This document shows, piece by piece, positions 1 through 11,800 of a DNA stretch of 64,000 bases. Each line of letters opens with the position of its first letter. Position 1 is the first letter of the stretch. This DNA comes from Camelus ferus (taxonomy: Eukaryota), in NCBI RefSeq assembly GCF_009834535.1, contig NC_045697.1, positions 91,886,001 to 91,950,000 of the forward strand. The letters run 5' to 3'. A program made the translations under genes and the position numbers. The notes under the pieces are model-generated. The model was not told the DNA's origin, made no database searches, and saw only the letters and a program-made list of their open reading frames with translations.

Positions 1-2595
1 CTGAAACCTAATAAGAGGTAAGAGGACAATGGTATTGCAGTATCTCTTTTGGTTTTCCTAAACCATGCCCTTTATTAAACCTTTTTTGAATTACCCTACT
101 TTGAATATACCACATCTTTACTGTTGGGATTCTGACTGATGTGTAACCTGATCCAGGCTTAGCTTCATGAATAACCAGACTTAACTGTAAAACATACCTC
201 CCCCCAAAATACAGGAAGACACGTTGTTTTACCCCATACATCTATGCATGCACTTTACTCCCTCCTCCCTGCACTCAGAGATCCAGGATCATGACCAGGG
301 TATTAACTGAGAGAGAGGCTAGAACACTAGTCTCATCTTGGGCTCTACCCTTCAGCATGCATGTGTCTTATTCAGCATGCATGTGTACTATTGGCATGAT
401 GTCAACAGAGTGGGCATAGTGTGTGGAATTAATAGACAACATTCCTGCAGACTATATTATGACAAAGAACCGAAAAGTTAGCATAGCCCTAAGGCATTTC
501 TGTGAATGTGTACTGCTATCCTTGCCATGTAAATGCAAATTTATTCTAATCCTCCCTGATGCTATGTGTCAGGAAAAAGACATTGTGCACATTAGTGTCA
601 CCATACTAGATGTCAGATGTCTTGTTGATGTGCTCCAAAAAATCCACATCTGGCAAAGCAGGTTATGATTGGGGCCATCAATTAGTTAAGCATATCTTAA
701 ATAGTCTATCATTCTTTACTAAGATTAATCCTTTTTCTTTGTAGGAATTCTAAAAGATTAACTAAACAGTTCTATAATGGGTGCCATCACCCTGTATCCT
801 AAAGCCTTTGATGATGGCATTGAATTCTGCAATTCTTTTCTATTTGAGGTATCATTTCTAAATTACTACCTTGGCTGGTGTGTGTGTGTGTGTGTGTGTG
901 TGTGTAGCTTTCAGGGATTTCTATTTAATTCTTCCTAATATAATGAACTCTGATCTACAAATATGAATACAAAACCAGTGTGGGTTCAGCCTGCTTCTAA
1001 GTGTATCTATCTCAAATACATATTCAGTGACTGGGAAATAATTTCAGGATGTGTTTATGTGTCCATCCTGTTCTTTGTGAGTCAGATTTGGACCAAAACT
1101 CAAATTTTCACCTGGCCTTCATAAGCTCTCATTCTATACCAAAGACAGTAGCAGTTTGGATCTTCTGGCATTAATGTCATCTCAGACCTCAGAATGTATT
1201 TAACATACTTTGTAACATGGATATCCTCTCTTCTCCAGTTCACTGTTATGGCAAATGAAAACATTATACACTTGCAATTACATAGCAGGGGTGTTTCTCA
1301 AATGGAATGGACCTTCCCTTTAATCAGTGAATTCTGAATCTGTAAAGTGACTTAGATCCGGAACTGGTTGTGGGACTAAAATTGTCAGTTGTGGTAGTTT
1401 CTGCAAGTCCTGTGATCATCAGCTCTTAATTTTTATGCCCCCATAAATTAAGTAACACCCATTAAGCTGTCAAGCTATCTTCCCCCTGGAGCAACATGAT
1501 ATATTAGCTGTTACTACAGATAACTTGGGTCAAGATACTCTGATTACTACTCTCGCCTTAATGCCAATTTGATAATTATGTTCACATTGCCTCAAGTGGC
1601 TAAGTTCTGCCAGCACTAACACTTAGGAATCTTAACATTATCATTGATTTTAGGGAGCTCACATTAATGTCAGTGTTTCCCACTTCCTACCAGCCTGCAT
1701 AGGTCAGCTACTACCGAAGATGCCAGTGCTTCCCTGTGAATTCCTTGTTACCTTAATAAAGGAAATGTCTCCTGGGTCTTCTGGATCTTCCTGGAGAATA
1801 TAGTCTAATGGTTTATTTTCAGATCTTACATAATGTATCCATTCTAACAATCTTCCTTCCCTGTGCCTTTGATCCTTTCTTTACAACTATGTTAAAGAAA
1901 TTCCAGAATTCCCAACTTGTTCAAGTCAGATATTTTCAAGTCCAGGCATGAGGAAGCCATCTTAGCAAAGTGTAATGATCAACTCTGAGGGTCCAGGCAA
2001 GGGAAGCAGTTTTCCTCCAGGAAGCGTTGAAAGGAGCAACTTCTTTTGGCCGGGAGAGTGAGAGTTGAGGTTCAAGATTCTCAGAATCCTCTACCCAAAA
2101 GTTCCCATCCCAGGTCATAGGCTCCCATTATTTTCCTTCAAAGCCTGTAATAATTTGACAGAGGAGATTTTTGAGAATATACTTTTAGTCTCCTCTGCAG
2201 CTATGTCACTTTTATAATTAGATCCCAAGCTTGATTTCCTGCACATTGCACCCTGAAGCTACAGAAGACAAGAATTACTCTGAAGCTTCATAGAAACTTA
2301 TTGGCTTTTATAATATTCCTTTAACTGGCGATTAGCTGTCCTGAACCTGTCATTTTCTTTTACCACAACCCCCAAGCCATAAAGAGCAGCTGCCCTATAC
2401 CACAATTCTCTCAATTATTATTGCTCCCATATCAATCACATGCAACTTTATTAATTGTGATACCGCTCATTCTCATGAAATTACTCACTTATAAGAGCAG
2501 CAGAGTCTCTCAGATAGTCTTGAGACAGTGTGATTATCTATTTAAAAAAATCCCACCTTGAGGATTAGCTTGGCAGGGCCACTTTTGATACCAAT
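1..2595 (-). mobile_element. Degenerate ERVL internal region (gag-pol remnants), truncated by window start
   Basis: The minus strand of ~470-715 follows the ERVL RT motif order (DY..LN; CCAGATGTG=PDV; TTTGCATTTACATGGCAAGGA=FAFTWQG; YTFT..P.GY) with many stops. ORF 8-241 contains KMWYIQSR, similar to ERVL KWKWYIRDR. A Leu-tRNA-like primer-binding site (PBS) TGGTATCAAAAGTGG lies on the minus strand at ~2579-2593. Confidence 0.85.
878..905. repeat. (TG)n microsatellite
   Basis: Direct reading. Confidence 0.95.
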
Positions 2596-3311
2596 TATCT
2601 TAGCCTGGATTTTCTAGTGAAATAGCCTGAGGCAAAGCATTCAGAGTTAAACATTAATTCATTAACTAACTAGTTAATTAATTAGACTTTTTAATCCCAG
2701 AGCAGTAAGAGTGAGGGGAAAAAAGAAGTAAAATAGAGAAAGATCAAATACAAGCTAGTGTCTAACTTAGGTGACCATATTGTTTTACAGGAAAACGCTA
2801 CACAGCCAGTCGCTTGGTCACACGCGATGTCTCTGGAGAGATATTATGATACTAGTGTAATTTTTGTAAGTTCGTTGTGTGGTAGGGAGGCTGAAGACTT
2901 TATCTACTGGCTCCTCCTTGTCTTTGTCTCTCAATGTCAGAGTTCACCTTATAGGGCATTAATTCCCTTACACTTTGAAATTATGTTTCCCATCCTCTTT
3001 GGGAAATCAGAGAGATTTAATGCCATGTGTTACGACTCTTCAACTGAGCATAGAAATTGTGCTAGTAAATAAATCCTCCTTGGATTTATTCAGATAGGAG
3101 TTGGGCATTGCAGCTGCTCTGCTTCCTGCCAAGGGCAGGGGTGGGAGGGTTGACCTGATACAGTTCAGGCCATAACCCAGCTGTTGTTACTCCATTCTCC
3201 ATCTCTTTACGTAGTGACAGCTAGGGCTTTGTGCTGAGCAACTATCGGAGGGTACGGATGGCAGGTGGGAATGAGGAAATCTCTGGGGACACATAAATTA
3301 GATCTCATACA
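2596..3311 (-). mobile_element. ERVL-class 5' LTR (LTR33/LTR41/LTR50-like)
   Basis: On the minus strand it starts TGTATGAGATCTAATTTATGTGTCCCC and ends ...TTTGCCTCAGGCTATTTCACTAGAAAATCCAGGCTAAGATA, directly before the PBS. This is a typical ancient ERVL LTR terminus; subfamily uncertain. Confidence 0.7.
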
Positions 3312-3409
3312 GTACTGAAACGGAACACTACTAAGAAAGTAATCAATGTAAAAACTACAGTAGCAACAAATTATTTTTCCTTTGCATCTCTTCCAAACTG
3401 TCTTTCCTA

Positions 3410-4290
3410 AATTATAACATTAGCTATTAATTGCATATTTATTGTATACCAGGTATTCTGATAAGCCTTTTTATATATTATCTCATTTCATTTTTTCAAC
3501 AATGTAAGAAAGTCCCTACAATTGTTACTGAAACTTAGGTCCTGCTGCTTGTCTCTTGAAAGCCAATACTCAAGAGGCCGGTGTTGGTAGAAAGGAAAAG
3601 TGTGCTTTATTCTGAAGTCTGGCCACTGGGGGAGAGGGCAGACTCATGTCCATAGGTCAGCTGTTCACCCTCCCCCGGCTGATTAGTGGGCAAGAGCTTA
3701 TAAAGGGGTGTTTCAGGGGTGTATGGTCAGAGGGGGTGTATGCTACATGCGGAACCGCACAGTCAGCTCTGATAGTCATCTTGAAGTTAGTCATGCACTG
3801 GTCTGATCAGCATCATCTTGGTTTTTTTAAGTACAGTTAATCTTCAGTTCCAGGGTTGGTTTATTCCCATTTCTTTGAGGCCAGTTCTTGGAATAGTGGC
3901 AGCTTATGTCATGACTACTGTCTGGTCATTCCACCTGATGGGAGTTTCAGTATCAACAAAACAGCTCGAAAGGTATGGCTCAGATTATTATCTGCAGCCC
4001 TTAAGGAAGGAACTAAAGGTCCTTGATTTTGTTTAATGATGAAACTATTACATTGTTTTGCTTGACTACTTCTCTTTGTTTCTGTATTTTCTTATTTATT
4101 TGATAAAACTGAAGTTTTTCTACAGACAAGAGACAGGCAGAGGACGTTGTAGGGTAGTCTGCCCTGGGAAGGCCTTGTAGAGAGTATTGCTCTGTTACCC
4201 AATTGCCATCTATATAGAATGAAATTAAGACTTAGAGAGATGAAGGAACTTGCCCAAGTTTGTCTAGCTAGGAGGCAGTGACGCATGGGA
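3410..4290 (-). mobile_element. MIR SINE interrupted by the solo LTR
   Basis: TATATTATCTCATTTCAT...AAC upstream and CCATCTATATAGAATGAAATTAAGACTTAGAGAGATGAAGGAACTTGCCCAAG downstream resemble the MIR core. Confidence 0.65.
3523..4199 (-). mobile_element. Solo ERV1-type LTR inserted in a MIR
   Basis: Termini TGTTAC...GTTACC; 4-bp TSD CAAT at 3519-3522 and 4200-4203; AATAAA on the minus strand near 3606. MIR-like sequence continues on both sides. Confidence 0.8.
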
Positions 4291-4557
4291 GAAATCCCAG
4301 CCTAGCTAGTGGGCCTCCAGGTAGTCTTTGGCAGAGACGTGAGCAGCGCATAGTGGATCCTGTAGCTCTTGTTCACCTTTTGCAGTTTTCATCTTTATCT
4401 TGGTATAAGAACCTACCTAGACAGTCTTAATATAATAAGGTATATAATATAGTAAGGCAAAATTAAGATAACAACATTACTTACATCATAGTTGTGACAT
4501 ATAAATAAAGTGATAACTAAATAAATTAATCCAAGAGGAAAGCTTATTATATTTTAT

Positions 4558-4647
4558 TAACTTTTTTTTATTGATTTATAATCATTTTACAATGTTGTGT
4601 CAAATTCCAGTGTAGAGCACAATTTTTCAGTTATACATGAACATATT
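4558..4647 (-). mobile_element. Very short 3' end of a young (camelid-like) L1
   Basis: Nearly identical to the L1 3' terminus at ~49992-50080 (TTTATTGATTTATAATCATTTTACAATGTTGTGTCAAATT). Confidence 0.85.
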
Positions 4648-5396
4648 TAGTTTATTTTTGATAAATAGTAAGAGTTCAATACGAGTTAGCTATTACTACT
4701 ATTATAATTGACATTATTATTACCATTAAATTTGACCATTTCTTTTGCAAAAAAATTCTAACCACAATATATGGGATGGAAGATAAATAAGGTCATTCAG
4801 AACGGTTGGTGCTTCTTCTACTTAGTGACTGATATAAGCAAATATAGATATTTCAGTCCTGAGAGAGGATATCATATTGTCCTGCCTGTTCCCTCCCTGG
4901 TCACTCCTAATTTGCCTCTATTTTTTTTCCCCTGAATCTAGAACTTTCTTGTCTATTTTACAGATCCCTGTCCTCTGGTCTTGAGCTTTGTCTCTGTTCC
5001 CATCTTAGGACCTGCTTTCTGGGCTCTTTCTGCTTGAATGAAATTGGGGACTCAATTCTGACCATGTTGCCCATCAGAACATAACCCTTCTTGGTACTGG
5101 CTTTTGCCTTGACCCTCTTCTCTTGAGGTTTTCTTCTGTGTGCACTGACAGACTGTTCTTTTCCTCTGTAATCCTGGTATCAGCAGAGAGAGGGTCACCC
5201 TGTCATTTCCCAGGCATCTACTGTACACCTACATTTTGACCAGCAGCTTCTAGACTCCGAGCCTTGCACTGAGCACTTGATTAAATGATTAAACCTGTTT
5301 TAGAAAAGAATCTTGAGTTTAGAACTACACCAGTCCTGCTTGGTAATCTCTGCATGCCCACGTAGTTATCCAGGAACACAGACCTTGGGCCCTTAA

Positions 5397-5583
5397 TAGG
5401 GTTGTCAGATTTAGCAAATAAAAATACAAGAACCACAAACATGAATTTCAGATAAATGAGAATTTTTCAAAGTATAAATTATGTCCCAACCATTGCTTGA
5501 GACATACTTACACTAAGAAGTTATTTGTTGTTTATCTGAAATTCAGATTCAACTGGAGTCCTGTATTGTATCTGGCAGCCTTA
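5397..5583. mobile_element. MER53 palindromic non-autonomous hAT element
   Basis: Ends TAGGGTTGTCAGAT / ATCTGGCAGCCTTA; internal inverted arms GAATTTCAGATAAA / TTTATCTGAAATTC and TATGTCCCAA / TTGAGACATA. Confidence 0.85.
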
Positions 5584-5731
5584 CCATGGAATGCCACCTC
5601 CTGTCACATGTATCTCCAGAGACAATCATTTAGGTCCCTGTTACCTGACAGCAACTGAGAAATAGTCATTCCTCTTATAACTTACTTTTATCCTGGTCTT
5701 CACTTTCTACCTCCTTAGGGTGAAACTATCC

Positions 5732-5860
5732 TAGGGTGACCTTACGTCTTGTTTTATGTGGAAAGTCTCACTTTATTTCTGTTGTCTTGGCCTAATTGCT
5801 AATAATCCTCTTTCCCTTTCAGAAATGTCTTAGTTTGGATGATACATTATATGGTCATGG
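5732..5860. mobile_element. MER94-like hAT-Blackjack MITE
   Basis: TAGGGTGACC...CTGTTGTCTTGGCCTAATTGCTAATA...GTTTGGATGATACATTATATGGTCA matches the recalled MER94 consensus. Confidence 0.7.
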
Positions 5861-7329
5861 ATGCCTCATTCCATCCTTTGATTTCCTGCTGAACCTGTTA
5901 GTAAGTAAATTTTCAGCTTTTTTCCCTCAAAGTCACACTGATCTCCAGAAGGTGCCACCATTTTGACTAAGCCTTATGTCACTCCCACAAAGCAGCAGGT
6001 CACACTGTGCTGCTTGAATTAACATAGACAAATAAGTGACCCCTGAACAACCATTATTAGTTACAGGATAACTTTCTGTACTTGTTACGATGTGTACAGA
6101 GAGCAGGAGAACTGAGCAAATGTTTGATGAATTCAGTAAATATGAGTGATTAACACAGATAAGTCAAGTGAAAAATATGCAAACACTGTTTGAAAGTTTT
6201 TAGGTAATTTACACTTTCCTTTGTAAATACATGATGAAGATGATGTCTATATATGATACATAGCAGCAATTGATTAGACTACATTTTTAGAGCCATTGTG
6301 TGGAAATAAAATGATTTTTTTTAATCTTGCCTTAGGTTACTATTTCCATTTCACAGTGTCGACCAGACACAATTCTTGTATCAAACAATAAAACATCCAG
6401 TCAAAGAATAAAGTTGCAATTTTGTTTCTGTGAAATGTCAAATCACTTGAATGATTGATTTTCCCCCTTGATTTATCCATTTATATTTCATATTCAGGTG
6501 TACATGTGTTTGAGGAGAGTCTTAGAGACAGACTTTTACGTATACCCATAGCAGTACGCTGCTGAGTCAAAATCACCCTTGTCTTTTATAAGCATTACAT
6601 AAATAGAGTCAGGGCCCATCAGAAACCAAAACAACTGTTTCTATCTTTTAACAAACTAATAATGGACAAATGCTACTCTTAATTACATGAGTTTTTACAT
6701 GTATTGATTTCATATAATCAAAAATATGAAGAGTGTTCAGAACAGAAGGAAAAAGAGCATCTCTCAGTAAGAATTTTATATTGTAAGAATATTTATTTCT
6801 AAATATGTCTTTCACTTAAATACTAAAAAGTTATTTAGAACTTACTAGAGGAAAATAAACATGTCATTTTATTTCCTTTGTGTTAAGTCATCCAATATAA
6901 ATAAATGAAATACATTATTATATCTTAGCAACCATGATTGGATTTTATTTTTAGATGGTAAAATAATAGTTGTCTTATTAAAGCTAAATCAAAGGCTCTT
7001 TAGGAAAGCTTAATTTGAAATATTGCTGCTAATTTCATTGGTATTTTAAAGACCTCCAAGGAAAACTGCTAATGTTTTATGAATATTTAGAAATATGCAG
7101 ATACTTCAAGAAGAAAAATGGGAAAAAAAGAAAAATGTATAATGTCATGCTTACTTCACTAGTGAAGGCATCAGTAGGAAAATTCCACTGGGCTGATCTT
7201 ATGAGGAGCAAGCATTAGGATGACCTTGACCATAGTGTGAAGAATGGATATCAGGGGTTCAAACGTAGGACCGGAGAGATAAAATTATAAATATTAAATA
7301 CATCCAGTCTTTTGTATACTCAGTAAAGT

Positions 7330-8030
7330 TGTTTAAAAAAACATTAAAAGGAAGGCTATTGCAGTAATCCTAGTGAGACATGGTTTTGTCTTGCAGCAGA
7401 ATGATTGTGGAAATGAAGATAGAGAATGATTAGATTAGAGAAATACTTTGGAGATAGAATTTACAGGTGTTATCAAATGATTGAGTAAAGAGGAGAAAGT
7501 GCAGGGAATACTGAAGAACGAAGAATAACGTGTGGATTTCTGAAATGAGCAACGAAAAGATGCTGTTGCAGCTTGTATAGAAGGGGAAGCCTAGAGGAGG
7601 AACACATTTCTGGGGGAAGGAATCAAGAGTTCACCATTGATATCCCTGATCTTGCCAACAGAGTTGTTGGTGGCCTCAACATATACGTGGCCTTTTGCAT
7701 CCTGAAGACTGATGAGATACATAGGGAGACAGAGTGAGGAGAGAAGACAGCCAAAGCTGAATTCCGAGGGGGACAGTATTTAGATGTTGTTAGGAAAGGA
7801 GGAATGGATAAAGGAGAGAGAAGTCAGGGTGGTTTGGGGAAAACCTAGAGAGTGTGATAAGAGAGAAGAGATTGGAGGGCCTTGAAATCCAGAAATCCAG
7901 CTGGGAGGGCTTGCAAGATAAGGATGGAATATGTGAATTCTTTATATTCAGGAATTTGAAGATATTTGTATACTTATCAGTACCAGAGTTGGTGGACACG
8001 TTTGGCTAGAAACCAGACTGGAGGGGTGGA
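7330..8030 (-). mobile_element. L2 LINE fragments
   Basis: GGAAGGCTATTGCAGTAATCCTAGTGAGA and GGAGATAGAATTTACAGG are typical antisense L2 motifs. Confidence 0.6.
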
Positions 8031-8445
8031 GTGTGGATTCGAGGAGAGGAGGAGGATGCTGTGCATGTATAAAACATGGTAAGTGCTGTCATAGCTCTGC
8101 AGCAGGAGCACAGAGAAGGTCTCACAGTTCATGGAAGGCTGCACAGCAGAGGAGAAATGTTCCATGTCAGTACCGTGATCTAGCTTACTACTTTATGTTC
8201 CGAAATATATTCGTGTAAAACATATTTATGTATAGTTCTGAAATGTGTTACATACCCTCCGGCCTTCTTCTGCTGGGGATACAGAACATAATGCAACTTT
8301 TGGTCACAATGACTGCTTCTTTCTTTTTGTTGACATGTTTCGAGTCTTAAGAGTTAATGAAAGACACCTAACTCGTATTCTAAATGATTTCAGATGTCTG
8401 TGCTTTAGGTTTCCTGTGTGTGTACCACATGGGTGCACACATGAT

Positions 8446-8483
8446 GTGTGTGTGTGAGACAGAGAGAGAGAGAGAGAGGGAGG
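8446..8483. repeat. (TG)n(AG)n compound microsatellite
   Basis: Direct reading. Confidence 0.9.
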
Positions 8484-8619
8484 GAAATGCAAATCCAGGA
8501 TTGTCAGTCTCCAAACCCATGTCCTTTTCACATGCCAGTCCATTTCTCTAACTAGTAATAAGATCTGTTCATTCAGTAAATATTTTTGATTGTCTTCTAA
8601 GAGAACAAAACAATCTTGA

Positions 8620-8830
8620 CAGCTAACTTGTATAAAATGCTTACTTATATGGGCAGGTAATGTTTTAAGTACTTTACATTTATTATCTCATTTAATACAC
8701 ACAACAGTCATATAAGATCACATTTTATAAGTGGGACAATCAAAATAGAATGATTATATAAATATTTAGTTTTCACATCTAGGGTGTGGTGAAATCAGGT
8801 TTCCAAGCAGGCAAACTTCCTCCAGGGCTC
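8620..8830 (-). mobile_element. MIR SINE
   Basis: AGCTAACTTGTATAAAATGCTTAC...TACTTTACATTTATTATCTCATTTAATACACACAACAG...ATTTTATAAGTGGG. Confidence 0.6.
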
Positions 8831-11800
8831 TTTATGATACTTCTAAAATGGAAATTTTGACAGGCAGAGGGAAAAGGAAACACTGAAAGAAAGTCATTTC
8901 TTGAATTTAGTAAACTGGGAGAGGTAAGCAAAGAGGCAGCAGAGGGAGGCAACTGGCGTTTCATCATTGGCCTTTTATGCCCTGTTTCAGGGGTTTGGAT
9001 TTTAATCCAAGCAATGGCAGTGCCTTAATGACTTCTGAGCAGTCAGTAACGAGATTTGCTTCTAACCTGAAGTTGGCATTGAGCATAAAAAGTGAGTAGG
9101 CTCTTTAGAAGTGTAACTCCCATAAACTTTGTAATAACTTATAGAGATAGAGAATTTTCTTGTCCTCATCCTTTTTTTCTCAGACTCTCACTGCATGATG
9201 TCTTGGCTGAAATGATAATTATGATTCCGACCACACCAAATAAAGCTACAGTCTCAAAAGCAGTTAATAATGATGGTTAGAAACTTGAAGAGAGAAAAGT
9301 AAAAGAAATTCCTGCACGAAGTCAGCCAAAGTCATATTTTCCAAGTTTTTTCTTTTTTTTTAAATTCCATTTGGGTTTTAAATAAATGTTTCATGAAGAT
9401 GTTCAAATGCAACTTCTTGGTGAAAACTTTCTTAACTCCCCATTCAGTGTTAGTTGTTACATCTTCTGTTTTCCCATAACAATCTATTTGACTTCTATTT
9501 AACCAGTTACTATCCTGTATTATCATCTATCTGTTGACACGTATATCACAGTTTGTTTTCACTTTGGTTCAGCAAAGATTTGTGTTGCATTTTCAGTGAA
9601 GTAGTCCCTGTGCTAAGCATCCCTACATCGTATATTAAATGACTTAGAGACCTGTAATTAACCTTGAGTTATTGTAAATGGGAGACTCAGATCTTTTAAA
9701 TTTGTTACCTAGCAAAACCCAGCTAGAATATATATGATGAAACTGAACTCTTTATTATCCTCAACTGATGCACACTTTTTAGAAATATTTAATTTAGTAT
9801 TTTAACTTTGTCTTATTTATTGGTCAAATCTTGAATAATTGCAGAGCCAAGTTTCATAAAGGCAATATACTTATAAATAAATGCATATTTAAAAGGGCAA
9901 ATATTTCTTGACCTTTAAAAAAGCAAATCCCTGAATTTTGAAAAGGAAGACAAGTTTTAATATTGTATTTTGTCAGATAGATACAGTCTGTCAGTAAACT
10001 GATTGCCAGATAAGCCCTTTTACCCTTACAGAATTGGCAAGGAAGAAAAATGTGTTCATAGTGTTGACTGTCTTCTACTGGAAAGTATAACTGTATCTCT
10101 GACTAGGCTAAGTGGAACTTACGACTACCTGATTATAATACTGACAGGGCTTATCTACTTAGAAAGTTAAATTGAAGCATATTGAGTCTTCAGTTACAAG
10201 TTTTGACATTTTCAAACGCAGGCCTAGAGAATGTTTGTGGTATAAGTTATCTAAGGATGAGAATATCTTAATAAAGGATAAATTATTACAGAAAAAAATA
10301 CAGAGAAAAATAGGTTACTGAGCAATCTGCTAGTGGGTCTCAAGTGTGATTCATCTGGTGTGGAAAAAACTAATTCTGAAGACACAGAGTCAACTTGAAA
10401 TGTTGTAGAGCAATTATGCCATTGTGACGTTTATTCTGAAACAATTCTACAGAGACAGAAGCAACTAAGTGTTCAAAATTCTGATTTTTTAATTTCAGTT
10501 GTATTCATTTGACTCATAAAGGTATAATTTCTGTAGAAGAACCATCTTCAATGGAGAGGAGCTTTTTTTCAGATTATGGGTTGGGGAGTTTTTATTTTAG
10601 GCAAAATTCTTGAGATTGGAATTTTGGACTCTAATTTCATCCACATGGCTTTAAATTATGGGTATAAATGATATAGAGTAGATTGTTTTATATAGTAATT
10701 ATATTATAGAAGTGACTTAAAATTATAATACACCCTTAGTGCCAAATTTCACATAAATGGCTACATTTTACTGGTAACTGGATCTTAATGTTTAAATTCC
10801 CCAAGTTTATGAATTTGAAACAATATTGATGAAAACAGATGTAAAATCATTTGTTCATTTTTTCATTTTTAAATAGAGGCTTCTGACTATAACAGCTTTT
10901 AGAAATGATTAAGGAACATTGTTATAAGCATTCACTATTAGATTACAATATTCACCAAAATGTATGGTACGTTTTTCAGCTTTTCAGTCTCCCCATATGC
11001 TGACATAGCATGGGTTGTCCATATTCCCTTCTTTTATTATGTTTTCCACTGGGGTAATCTCATTTCCTTTCTATTTTACTCTCATAAATCCACTGAAGTC
11101 TAGATGTCAGAGAACCAGCAGTTTGAGAATTTTGTCTTAAGAGCAACTGAGTGGGAGGAGGCAGGATCCCACTATTGGATACCAAAGAATAAGGGACTCT
11201 TTTATTACTCTGGGACTTAACATTGTTTTTAATGTTTTTAGATTCCTTTCCCCTCTATATTCCAGAGGTAGGAGATCTAGAAGGCAGTCTTCTGGATAAC
11301 CAGGGTATTATTAAATAATTAATAATAATTAGATAATCAAAATTACTGTGAAAAATACCCTACAACTCTACTAATTTAAAAGGTAAGTTTTACTTTTGGC
11401 TGTAAGAGATTTTAAAGTTTTCCTTTAACATTTCTAAGATATTGATTAGATGCTTGAAAAAGACTAGGAAAAATAATACAGGTTTGGCAAATTGCTATGT
11501 GCAGTTTCATAAGCAATGAACAAAAAACATAGGCATTTTCACCCATCTTTGGGCAGATGGTGAATGGCAACAGCAGAGATTTCAAATATAGATGAAGCAC
11601 ATATATACTGCAAACAGCTGTAATAGCTAAAATACATGCCAGAAGACTTAATCATTCTGGATTTTTTTCCAATACATGCTAGCATTCAAAAATAGACTTC
11701 TCTTTCCTACAATTGCTATAGAATTCTTTGAAATAGGGAAGTGCATCTATGCTATAGGAACTTTGCTATGTGCTGATTAGGCTGTATTTTCAAGGCTCGA

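Noticed and set aside
9160..9280. Hydrophobic minus-strand peptide (LLTAFETVALFGVVGIIIIISAK)
   Set aside because: Bounded by stops, with no start codon or convincing splice sites.
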